From the NCBI GenBank assembly GCA_937625935.1, contig OW569357.1, positions 62,001 through 126,000 of the forward strand: DNA of 64,000 bases, written 5' to 3'. Source of the stretch: Tetramitus jugosus. Lineage: Eukaryota; Protista; Heterolobosea. Shown piece after piece: positions 11,301 through 22,007 of the stretch. The notes beneath the pieces are model-generated. The model had not been told where the DNA came from. It was given only the letters and a program-made list of their open reading frames with translations, and did no database searches. Numbering within the stretch: the stretch's first letter is position 1; every line of letters begins with the position of its first letter. The translations under genes and the position numbers were made by a program.

Positions 11301-14300
11301 GTTGTTGTTGGTGATATCTAAGGTAACACTCGCGGGTGAACTCGTAGATACTTCGTCGGTGATTCTATAAGAGAAGGTCACCAAACCAATAAAGGGCGTG
11401 GCACCACTGACGTTGTATTGGATCAAACCGGAAGCAGCACTAAGTATTTGAGCTTTTCCTGATGAAGGTTGAGTGATGTCATACAGCGATAGAACATCAA
11501 AGTCTGCATCGGTGTCATTCGCTAGAACATTGAATGAATACGGACCATTCCTCCAATGAAGATTCCGATACACGTCTGCGACTGCTTTTGGTGCGTTGTT
11601 AGTCATCGTGATCGTAATATTTTGGAGCACAGTAGAGATACCGTCAGTGACAGCACAACGAACAAAGTCTTGGCCGACAAAATTCTTCTTGGGTGTGTAA
11701 AATAGTTGGTTTGGAGCTATGATTGAAGCATTTCCATTGCTAGGAGGCACTACTATCTGCGAGAGAAATACTGTATCTTGAGGATCACTGTCTGAGGCAT
11801 TGACAAGCACATTAAGTGCCCTACCAGTTTTATATGTAGCCCATGGAATGTTAAACATTACCGAAGGTACAACTGGTGGATGATTGTAAACAACAACGGG
11901 AAACTGTAAATTGACTGATGACCACCCGTCTGTTATGTTGAGAACAAAATTGGCGCTTCCGAGAAAGTTCGGAACTTGCTTGTATCTCACTTTAAGATTC
12001 GATTCCACAGAGACATTCCCACTCACCACGCCGGATATTGACAAAGTGTCTCCATCTAGATCATACATCATGGATGAGGTATCAATCACATAGCCTCCAT
12101 TACTATATGACCAATGCATTTGAGGAGGAGTGATTATAGCATTCAACTGAGGATAGTTGTTATTGACTGTGAGACTGAAGGTTGCAGAAGTATTCGCGAG
12201 TCCATCGGTAAATACAACGTCAAACACAAAACTTCCAACAAATCCGCGAGTCGGAATGAAAGTGATATAGCCATCTGAGGAAAGAGTGGCATTTCCTCCT
12301 ACAGCAGGAACGTTTCTGAGTGCAATTGCAATTACGGAATCCTCGCTATCCGGATCAGATGTGCCAGCTTCAGTAACCGCACGCAATACAGCACCTGCAA
12401 CTCCAACACTCTTCCAGTTGTAGCCTCGATTTACTGCCTTCGCAGTTGGATTTTGATTGTACACGTTAACGGTATAGGTCATGAGAGCACAATCTAATCC
12501 ATCACACATTTGTACAACAAAAGTATCATTACCCAGAAAGCCGATTGGTTGAGTATATACAACCTCAATCTTATTCATGGATGTGTCAATTACTGCTGTT
12601 CCAAATCCAGAACTGTACACTCTATATGAAATTGAGTCCGAATCTGCATCCACAGGTGTGAGTGTAGATGATAATTCAAAGCGAGTTCCTGTAGCTTGTC
12701 GCGACCAATGAATTTTCTTGAAAGTGGAGAAGGCAGCAGGAACATTCGGGTTTCGAACGATAATAGTGATATTCGCTGAAACAATTTCGATTCCATCAGA
12801 AAGGCTATAGGTGAAGTATTGTGTGCCCTTCCACGAGCCAGAAGGAGTAAACTGGAATGAAGAACCGACAAGTGCTAATGTTCCATTAAAGTTACCTGGT
12901 GTACTTGAACTATTCACTTGAATTAGATCACCATCTAAATCATACGCAGACGGTATGACATTAATGCTGACAGGACTTGAACTTCTCCAGTGTGTGCTGA
13001 TGGTAGAAACTACAGGAGTAGGTTTACGATTGATAATCAACACATCCACCGTTCCTGGGGTATACTTCTCACCATCGGTCACCTGATAGACAAATGAGTC
13101 TGGACCTAAGTAACCTGAGGAGGCAGTGTAATGCAAAAACTGATCACGTCCTAACCTGACAATGGACAATATTCCGTGTAGTGGGTCACTCAATATGCGC
13201 GATATCGTTACAACATCTTGCTCTGGGTCTGTTGTGTCAGCCAATACATCCAAGTCGAATGAAGCACTCCTCCAATGTACAGTCACATTCTTAGGTTTTG
13301 TGACAGGCGGAAAATTGAGTACTGTCAATGTTACGCTACCAACAAGATCGCTGTAAGCAATACCATCAAATATTCGGTAACTAAACTGGTCAGACCCTGT
13401 GAAATTGGTTTTTGGTGTGTACTGAATCGTCCGACCATTAATAATACTAACAACACCATTACTAGGATCAGAAACAGATGTGATTTGCAGTAAATCCCAA
13501 TCACCGGGATCTTCGTCGATATCATTGTCCAAAACAGAGAGAGTAGTTGCCCTGTTCCATGACACAGAGTACGTATCATTGACGACTACGGGGACTGTGT
13601 TTACAACGGATATGACTACAGATCCTGTTGCCAATGCATTGTCTACATCGGATATGGTATATGAGAAGAGATCGTTTGTCACAGCTCGAGGAGCATAGTA
13701 TCGAATACCATCTGATATGATTGTTGCTTGAACTCCTGTAACTGGCACTGTACAATTTATCAATCGAATAGTATCATTATTAGGATCGTAGTCATTGGCC
13801 ATCACTGTCAGATCAGCTGTGAATCCCTTTTTAATTGTGTATGTGTCCTTGACAGCAACTGGTGGAGTATTTTGCACAACTACGGTCACCGTAGCGGATG
13901 TGGTTTTAACGTCCTTGGGTAATTGTTGTCTGTCTGATATAGTGTACATGAATGTGTCATTTCCCAAGAATCCACGCGCAGGAGAATAACTGATGGTTGA
14001 ATTATTGATCCAACGAACAACTCCCTTGTTGATTGTTTCAAATTGACTGAACTCGACAATGTCAAAAATGTCATCATTAATATCGTAATCGTTGTCAGTG
14101 GGCTTAAAGCTCTTTGCGATATTTTTCTCTACAATCACTGTATCATCAACTGCAACAGGAGCATCATTCTCAATTGATAAGAATATAAATCCATCAGTAC
14201 GATCGTCCACATCACTAACCGTAAATCTGAGCACTTCAGGACCGAGAGCCTCACTATAAGGTACATAGGACACAGTATAGTTATAAAGTGTCAATTCTAC

Positions 14301-15706
14301 AAAGGCTCTGTCCAAAAATAACTCAGTTTGTGTGTAGGCAGTCGACAGAAGCGAATAGCTACCCAAAATTGAAGCAGTGCCCATGGTAATCCTTGGTTCA
14401 TCCAATTTGTCATCATCATGATAATACAGTGGAATAAGAACGCCTTGGGAATTCTTTGACACCCTCAATGTAATATTATGAGTGGTCGGTGGTTGATTCT
14501 TCACATAAATAATAAAGTATGAAGAAGAAACATTGGTCTGATCTGTACAAGTATATTCAAACGAATCTGAATATGTCTCTGCTGTCAAATAAGGCTCATA
14601 ACGAACAAGTTTTCTGTCATTTGAAACAATGAGACCACCCTTGCCCACACCATACACCTCATCAATAAACAACTCATCCATATTGTCATCGACATCATCA
14701 GCCAAGATATCTAATTGACTAGCAACATACTTTCTCACTTCAAACACGCTTGGATGTGCAACAGGAGGCGTATTCACTACATGGATCGTCAACAATGCAC
14801 TCGCCAAATCATATCCATCGGTTACTGTAAAGTTTCTGACCTCCCATCCGACAAAGTTCGGCTCTGGTGTATAGTACAGCAACAAACTGTTATTACTCAA
14901 CGTGAGTGAACCTTTCTCCGTTGAACCAGCAACAACAAAAGGTTCCTCAACCAAGATCATCTCGTCATCATCAGGATCACTAATCGCAAAATTGAAACCA
15001 TCATTGAAAGCAAACAAATCCAATGAGACATTCTTGCTATTCTTGAGGATCTCTACGTGAATATCAGTACATGATGGATTTCTGTTGAGCACTGTGACTT
15101 GAATTGAACTTGTGGCAGAAGCTTTGTCGTTGGTGGCAGTGTAATTGAATGAATCAAAGCCACTGTAGCCCTTCAATGGAGTATAGGCAACTTTTCCTTG
15201 GTCAAGAATACGAGCTATACCATGATGAGGTTGTTGTATGGATACGAGAGTCAAGTTACCTCCTCGGCTGTCGACATCGTTCCTCAACGGGAACAACACT
15301 GTTTCGACATTTTTCAAAACTGAAACATGGTCACTATAAGCACAAAACATGTAGTCGTGAGCAAAAGGCGCCAAAAGCAAAGCTACTAGGGGAAAAAAAA
15401 CTTAGCCAAAAACAACACATACGGTTTAAGTGATGGTGGATGATAACCCACACCAGTGCTAATGAGAGCAATAAGTGCTCCAGTCGTAACAGCCACTACG
15501 ACACTCAAAATAATTCCAAAAATGGCTTGATGAACAGCTGTGCTCTTCACGAGAGACATGTTCACTTTTTTCTCATCGACAACAGCGACGGACTCTCCAA
15601 TAATAAGTGAATTGTCTTTTCCGTCTGGCACCAACTCTACGGGTGCAGCTTCTTCAATCTCTTTGACCTCCCATCGGGTAAAGATCTTGAATGGACTATT
15701 GGACAT
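5352..15706 (-). CDS. Giant (~3,421 aa) type II membrane adhesin-like protein: N-terminal TM anchor, ~30 Ig/cadherin-like (tandem-95/Big_9-type) repeats, vWA domain, C-terminal lectin-like beta-sandwich; 2 exons
   Basis: Exon 1 (15423-15706) encodes the TM helix AIFGIILSVVVAVTTGALIALI. Intron 15334-15422 (GTATGT...TATAG) restores HPPSLKP|DHVSVLKN, matching the repeat start consensus. Repeats of ~95-100 aa follow NxxPxAxxD...VLxNDxDxDGD...YxP..GFxGxDxFxYxxTDG. vWA spans ~5905-6520 (VLFLPDIASG, GNTN, VIVLLTDN). Terminal domain: TGDDYVSVYIND...NDGGDSGVI...TNSDWKC...KWIWS. Confidence 0.85.
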
Positions 15707-16109
15707 GGTCTAAGCTTACGGAAGACTGCTTTTCGTTTGTTTTGTGAGATACTTTTGAGTTCTTTGTTGCACTCTTCTTGTTTGAATCGAACAAGGGGTT
15801 TCAGGAACAAGAGTGAGGCACGAGTTCGATAAAAGATTCAGTTTGTTGAGATGTATCTTATCACACACACAAAACCTCACTTAGGGGTAAGGGGTAAGAG
15901 TGCACTCTCCGAAACAGTCAATTCAAGGTCGTCGTATCTCACATCAAACAGCACCTTTCAAGGAAAATATGGGACCCCGGTGCATGAGTCATCCATGTCA
16001 AGAACCCCCATCATTGAGGGATAACACGATGGTGCTGTTGACGTTTCCTGTCACGCAGCGCTCATCTGGCGGGAATTATTCACATCGGAAATAAAGAAAT
16101 AGCCACAAA

Positions 16110-18497
16110 ATGGAGAAAAAAAAGAAGATCAATTTGAAGGAACGATTTGTGGATGCAACAACCTACGATCTTGTCAATCATATAGCAGTTGAACCAAGTT
16201 GGAAAAAGGCAAAAACTCGCATCGCATCGCTCAGTGATCACAACCTCAATGACGATGAAATTTCGCTCAAAAACGCACTCCACAAATGCCTGCGTTGTGG
16301 ATTGACATTTTGTCTCGATGAAGCCTCGATGAAGGGTTACACGACACTTGTGCAAACAATTCTTGATCGTTTCGTGTCATGTGAACTCACATCAACCGTG
16401 CTGCATAATCATTGTGATCACAAATATGATGAGAGCAGAAAACTGGGTCATCATAGTAGTGCAATTGAGGAGAATGCCAACAACAATACTAGCAACAGTG
16501 ATCCAATCGCGAATGATTGGTTGGTTCAAATGTTTCTTGACAATCAATTCAAAATTGATGAGCTTTCACTCATGGATATGCTCACGGATGGCATGAAGCG
16601 CATTCTTCGGGGGAGGGAGCAAAACAGAAGAAACCCAATCGAAGACAGTGAAAGTGAGAGTGAGAGTGATGAAGATGATGAAGAGGTGGTAAGCAGACAA
16701 ACAATGGATTCCAAATGGTGGATAGACGGAATGGAACGGTTGCGGTGCTTGTACGAAAAGTGGAGCGAAGAACCGTATCTCAGTATTGTGATTCAAAACG
16801 AGGAATTCAAGAAATTTTTGCTGAGATTGTTTCACATTTTCACCAACGTAATCCAGACAAAGGAACAATTGGTGAAATCGTATCGCATCTATTACTTGTC
16901 TCTCCCATTTGAAATCGTGCGTCTGACTCTGTTTTTCAATTACTACGGAGAACTCGAGAGTGAAAACATGGAGAAGCTCTTTGTCAGTGTCCCGCTCATT
17001 TATTATAGTCGATTGACTCAACATTTAGCATTGGATCTGATCCGTGACGAGTTCTTGGCCAAACGTGAGCAATACAACAGCGTTGAGGACATTTGGAGGA
17101 ATAGTACATTGACTGTTGCTCTCTATGTCATACTGAATTCTGCAAGATATGTTCCACATATTAAGCAATTACCATCATATTTGTTCCCAATTCGTGGCAC
17201 GATTGACGATTCCTATTCTTCGTTGATATACTTGTCGCTATTGCGTTTCGGAATGCGTTTCGACAATTCTGTTCAAGAAGCGCACAAGGCAGATATTCAG
17301 CTAATTCTGACTCAAGGACTGAAAAGTAACAATGTTGATAGAAGGATATTATGTATCTTTATGCTTGACAAGCTATGTTGCTCTGTATTTGCGGAAATGT
17401 TTGAATCATTGAAACCGATATTATGGTATGTGGTGAAGGAAACAACAACAAACTCAGATGAATTAGGAGAGATTGCTGGGGGATTGACGACGCAAGCTGA
17501 AAGAGCCCTTCAAAAACAAGACTTTTCTCTCGCACGTTCGATTATACAGTTCATATTCGACATTGCCTTTGAGTTCAGGGACGACTCTGATTTGAAATTT
17601 TGCTATGATTTATCCCTTTTTCTGAGCAATCCAAATGTAAAGATCGAGTCTGACAAGTTGGTTGTCTATCTGAACTCACTAACAACCACGTTGGAGAACA
17701 GAGAGAAAGAATATTTTTCAAATCCGGATGATGAGTCAAGAGACAAGCTCACTCAAGTATTCTGTGCACTTGAATTTATCCCAGAAATGACAGTTCCGCT
17801 TGACGATGACACTTTGTGTAGATTCCATAGTGTCCTATATCGTTGTCTTCCTGTTGAGTCAATCAGCTACGTTTGTTGGAGTATCTATACCAAAGCGATT
17901 GAAAACGACTTTCTTGATGGCATGGAGGCAGCTCACAAAAGATCAACCTCCAATACCATGAATTTGTTTCATTACACTCTCTCATTGATATGTCAGGGAT
18001 CTGTAGATCCCCACAAGCTGCACACTGGAAGGAAATTATGGCTCCACTATTATCAAGAACAAACACGTGAAGAACTGGAGCTACTTCATGAGCAACTTCT
18101 TCCACCCTATCTTGAAAAGCTAATCGAGGGATTGTTCATCTCAACAGACGATTTTTCGAGACAAGAAGCATTTCTCTCTCTGGGTCTGTTGTATTGTGGT
18201 GCTCCTGATATGGTTCGAAATTCGAGCTCTGATATAGTAGAAAACTACCTTGAATACTTTGATGGATACCTTTCAAACATAACTCAATCAAAACCAAATA
18301 ATGTGGCATGTTGGTTGGCGTTCTTGGAGCTCAGCTATGATCACTTATCTGCGGACGACGAAGACGATATATCGCTCATACTGGAACAATTGTTTGGCAG
18401 TGAAGTGTATCTCAAGAACCAACAAGTCTTCCAACCGCTAACTTCCCGCTTGCTCGTGGCATCCTGTTCTCAGAAACCCAACGAACAAGGAGAATAA
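16110..18497 (+). CDS. Uncharacterised 795-aa leucine-rich helical protein (possibly ARM/HEAT-like)
   Basis: Long uninterrupted ORF with an A-rich ATG context, amphipathic helical pattern and an acidic patch. No diagnostic motif recognised. Confidence 0.6.
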   Translation: MEKKKKINLKERFVDATTYDLVNHIAVEPSWKKAKTRIASLSDHNLNDDEISLKNALHKCLRCGLTFCLDEASMKGYTTLVQTILDRFVSCELTSTVLHNHCDHKYDESRKLGHHSSAIEENANNNTSNSDPIANDWLVQMFLDNQFKIDELSLMDMLTDGMKRILRGREQNRRNPIEDSESESESDEDDEEVVSRQTMDSKWWIDGMERLRCLYEKWSEEPYLSIVIQNEEFKKFLLRLFHIFTNVIQTKEQLVKSYRIYYLSLPFEIVRLTLFFNYYGELESENMEKLFVSVPLIYYSRLTQHLALDLIRDEFLAKREQYNSVEDIWRNSTLTVALYVILNSARYVPHIKQLPSYLFPIRGTIDDSYSSLIYLSLLRFGMRFDNSVQEAHKADIQLILTQGLKSNNVDRRILCIFMLDKLCCSVFAEMFESLKPILWYVVKETTTNSDELGEIAGGLTTQAERALQKQDFSLARSIIQFIFDIAFEFRDDSDLKFCYDLSLFLSNPNVKIESDKLVVYLNSLTTTLENREKEYFSNPDDESRDKLTQVFCALEFIPEMTVPLDDDTLCRFHSVLYRCLPVESISYVCWSIYTKAIENDFLDGMEAAHKRSTSNTMNLFHYTLSLICQGSVDPHKLHTGRKLWLHYYQEQTREELELLHEQLLPPYLEKLIEGLFISTDDFSRQEAFLSLGLLYCGAPDMVRNSSSDIVENYLEYFDGYLSNITQSKPNNVACWLAFLELSYDHLSADDEDDISLILEQLFGSEVYLKNQQVFQPLTSRLLVASCSQKPNEQGE

Positions 18498-18886
18498 ATT
18501 CCTTGCACCCAGGTTCATTCTGAATGGAACAATGTGTTTTGCTTCAAAAAGGAAAGATCACAACAAGAGAATGAATGGATCAAGGGAGGGAACCAACTAT
18601 GTAGCACTGTTACAAATTCGTAACATGTGAACTTATATCTCCATCCATGCTGAATCAGAATATTTGGTAGATCAATGTGTGAGTTCCAAATTGTGACCAC
18701 AAACAAAAAGTATAAATTTACTCATCCCTTGATTTTCGTTCGTCTCCACAACTGCACACTGCATTCAATGCTTCTCTCGCATTTTGTCCATTAATTTTTT
18801 TTCCACACGCAGAAAAAAAAACGTCGACCACCAACTCACAAAACGAACAATCACAACCACAACCACAATTTTCGCGATCAATAGAA

Positions 18887-19906
18887 ATGATGGACGACGA
18901 TGACCACTTTTTCGACGATGATATTAAACCAACTGCCTCACACCTTGCAGCAGCATCATCCTCTTCTACTACTCTCTCATCATCCATAGGACTCAACAAT
19001 ACAAGTACTACTTCTGCTACAGCTGCTACTTCTGCTACTACGAATGCAAGTGGCAATCAACAACAACTCATTGAACAAATACAGAAACGAATCATTGATA
19101 TCTGTCATAAATTCCCTGGAGGTGTATCCGATGCCGAACTCAAAGAAGAATTTCGTGGCTTGAGAAACGATTCGATTCGCGTGCAAGCTCTCAATCAATT
19201 GTTGAGTCATCGAAGACTACGGTTGTACACGGAAGGCAACACACTCATTTATAAGGAGGTGAGTCAGGAAGAAGCAGCCAAATTTCATGGATTGACACCA
19301 GATGATATCACAGTCTATCAAATTATTGAAAAGGGTGAGAATAAGGGCGTATGGACAAAGGACATCAAATTCCGCAGTAAGCTCCAACCGAAACAAATTA
19401 ATAATGCGCTCAAGAAGCTCAAGGCCAAAAATTTGATCAAACCAGTGAGAACCATTCACGGAAAAAACAAAATTGTGTACATGTTGGCCAATATTGAACC
19501 GAGCAGGGAGATTACGGGTGGTGTGTGGTACAGTGGCACAGACTACAATTCAGCATTGATTGAACAGTTGCAAAAGGAGAGCTGCACATTTGTGTACACG
19601 AAAAAGTATGTGACTGCGGATGAAGTGTTGGAGAATATACGGAAGAGTGGATTGTCTGCTGATGTGGATCTGAGAGAGGAGGATATTGTGAGTATTTTGA
19701 ACACGTTAATCTATGATGGTTTGATTGAGCAGACGTATGATGCGAGAGCGCACAAGAATTATTTTAAACCGAGTGGAACGTTGACACCGATGAATGCCTT
19801 CTCGGAGATACCTTGCAGTACGTGTCCAGTGTTTGATCAGTGCACGGATGGAGGTGATATCAATCCAAAGGACTGCCCTTATTTGAAAACTTGGATGGAA
19901 CTATAG
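18887..19906 (+). CDS. POLR3F: RNA polymerase III subunit RPC6/C34
   Basis: Winged-helix blocks (VYQIIEKGENKGVWTKDIK, LIKPV...KIVYML..IEPS.EITGGVWY, ILNTLIYDG). C-terminal Fe-S Cys motif PCSTCPVFDQC...NPKDCPY...W. Confidence 0.93.
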   Translation: MMDDDDHFFDDDIKPTASHLAAASSSSTTLSSSIGLNNTSTTSATAATSATTNASGNQQQLIEQIQKRIIDICHKFPGGVSDAELKEEFRGLRNDSIRVQALNQLLSHRRLRLYTEGNTLIYKEVSQEEAAKFHGLTPDDITVYQIIEKGENKGVWTKDIKFRSKLQPKQINNALKKLKAKNLIKPVRTIHGKNKIVYMLANIEPSREITGGVWYSGTDYNSALIEQLQKESCTFVYTKKYVTADEVLENIRKSGLSADVDLREEDIVSILNTLIYDGLIEQTYDARAHKNYFKPSGTLTPMNAFSEIPCSTCPVFDQCTDGGDINPKDCPYLKTWMEL

Positions 19907-20368
19907 TAGTAGTAAAGCAAACAAGCAGCAAACACAAGAAGTGATAGTCTTTTTTGTTATTTGTGTAGTACAATCCGTGATTATTGAGGTGGTACGACTC
20001 TTACTTGGTTCTCATCAATTCTTGTTTGTGTGTAAACGGGTTGTATGATGGTATCGTAGTTGTCCCACCCTGATTTTGACAAGCGTTGCCCTTCAATCAG
20101 CCAAAAAAATTTACAGAGAAGAAACCCAACCAACTTCAACAGATGGTCCAATCAACTCCATGGAAAGGCCATCAATCCTATTGTGGATAACCCACAGCAC
20201 TTGATGGCACTATTCTTGTCAGAGCACAGGTCGGCTTCCATTTCCTCCGCTTCATCACCAAATTGAAGTGTACGAGTCGAGATTGAAGTCAACTTTGGTC
20301 AACCCAATTTTTGACAAAATAACAAAAAAAGCACAAAACAACAAAGAAAACAAAGTCATAACTAAAAC

Positions 20369-20920
20369 ATGGGTTCAGGGTATGTTTCACTCTCGACAAT
20401 TTTTTTCCATGAGCGAATTTCCAACCGTCGTCTCAAAACTCTCCCCATGCATGTGAAATGAATATTTACACTTCTTCTCTTCATCAACAATAGAAAGCCA
20501 AAGGGTATTAAATCAGCAAGAAAGCTCCAAACTATCAGAAGAGCATCCAAGTGGGCAGACAAGCAATGGAAGAAGAAGGCTTTGGGTACTGCTTTGAAGG
20601 CAAATCCATTCCAAGGTTCTTCCCATGCTAAGGGTATCGTTCTTGAAAAGATCGGTATTGAAGCTAAGCAACCTAACTCTGCCATTCGTAAGTGTGTCAG
20701 AGTTCAATTGATCAAGAACGGTAAGAAGATTACTGCTTTCGTTCCAAATGACGGTTGCTTGTTGTTCATCGAAGAAAACGACGAAGTTTTGGTTTCTGGT
20801 TTCGGTAGATCCGGTCACGCTGTTGGTGATATTCCGGGCGTCCGTTTCAAGGTTGTCAAGGTTGCTGGTGTCTCCTTGCTCGCTCTTTACACAGAAAAGA
20901 AGGAAAAGCCAAGATCATAA
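20369..20920 (+). CDS. RPS23: 40S ribosomal protein S23 (uS12), 145 aa, 2 exons
   Basis: ATG GGT TCA GG at 20369-20379, intron 20380-20493 (GTATGT...TAG), then [11 protein letters not shown]...[37 protein letters not shown]...[13 protein letters not shown]...KKEKPRS. Confidence 0.97.
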
Positions 20921-21111
20921 ATTTGTTTTATCACTCTAATACTCCACGACAGCAATGAAATTTCACTTTGCTTTATAAAACAGAATATTTTCTTCCTATT
21001 GTTCGGGCCCATATTTTTCGTTTGCATTTTTCACTTTACTGTGAAGCAATTTTCCTTCCTGGTACGCATGAGCAATAAAAAGAAAGCAAGTGTGTCGAAC
21101 GCAATCACTCT

Positions 21112-21774
21112 TTAGTTTATTTTTTGGAATGTAGCATTGTTCTTTGACCACATGCACTTGAGAACCATCTTGAAGGATGACAATTGATGACCAAAGTGCT
21201 TGAGAATCTTGCACTGATCAGGTGTCAGTGTTTCTCCCTTCTTGCACACCACATGTTCATACCGCAAGTGAACCACACCAGCCTTGAGCTCCACTGGCAA
21301 TCCCAATCCAACCAACAACTCTTCCATGGAATGAGGCATCCATTCAATAGGTCCAGCGGGTATGGTGATACTCTCTGTGGCTACACTACCACTCCTAGCA
21401 TAGTCCTTAATCTCATATTTGTTAAAAAAGGAAACAATGTCACTGTGTGCTCTATTGGTGAACATGAGAGCGCATAGACCGGTCAAAAATGGTGAAACCT
21501 TGTGAATATTGTCTGCTGCTTCAGTTGCCTCATCTTCTCCAAGTGCCTTGCTCATCACCTTGTTCTTTGTCATAAAGATTCTAGAGTCAGAGAGTTGACT
21601 TCTAACGTCCTTGACGTGTTGACTACGACAGTTGGCCAAATCAAACACATAGACGTATTGGTATTGATTGACACAGTCACGAATAGAGTCAATGAGCTCT
21701 GATTTTCTGTTGAGGGTCGACTTTTTCTTTGTCTTTGTGAGTGATACTATTTTTTCTCTCTTGCTTTTTGGCAT
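21112..21774 (-). CDS. MRT4: Ribosome assembly factor Mrt4 (uL10/P0 paralog)
   Basis: MPKSKREKIVSLTKTKKK N-terminus, KNKVMSKALG, DYARSG..AT, PHSME..L..LGLP, VCKKGETLTPDQCKILKHFG. Confidence 0.95.
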   Translation of the reverse strand: MPKSKREKIVSLTKTKKKSTLNRKSELIDSIRDCVNQYQYVYVFDLANCRSQHVKDVRSQLSDSRIFMTKNKVMSKALGEDEATEAADNIHKVSPFLTGLCALMFTNRAHSDIVSFFNKYEIKDYARSGSVATESITIPAGPIEWMPHSMEELLVGLGLPVELKAGVVHLRYEHVVCKKGETLTPDQCKILKHFGHQLSSFKMVLKCMWSKNNATFQKIN

Positions 21775-22007
21775 TTTTCTCTGTGTGTTGTTGTTGGTTG
21801 TTGGTTGTTGTTAGTTTCGTTTTTGTCGGTGAAAAAAGCAATGGAGGCGACCTGAACACTGGTGAAAGCTTGTGTTGTGTGAAACTGTGTGTACTGATGG
21901 GGTGTTCAAGAAAAATTTGCAGCATGGTTCAACGAGTCGGAGAAAATTCACACGGCGCAGAAATATATTATAAAATTTGTTCGCAGAGAAGAGAAAAGAA
22001 GAAAAAC

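Noticed and set aside
5352-15333. Bacterial contamination or mobile element explaining the 10-kb repeat ORF
   Set aside because: It is joined by a canonical intron to a TM exon, rich in N-glycosylation sequons and flanked by eukaryotic genes. No transposase, integrase or terminal repeats were seen.
18498-18710. Stop-codon readthrough or extra exon of the 795-aa gene
   Set aside because: Only short open frames follow, with no splice signals or recognisable protein signal.
19975-20060. CGTGATTATTG and GTATCGTAG resembling pieces of U4 snRNA
   Set aside because: They occur in the reverse order to U4, and there is no U6-complementary 5' end.
20110-20125. TACAGAGAAGA resembling the U6 snRNA ACAGAGA box
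   Set aside because: No TTAGCATGGCCCC internal stem-loop follows and there is no U6-like 5' hairpin; a short match only.
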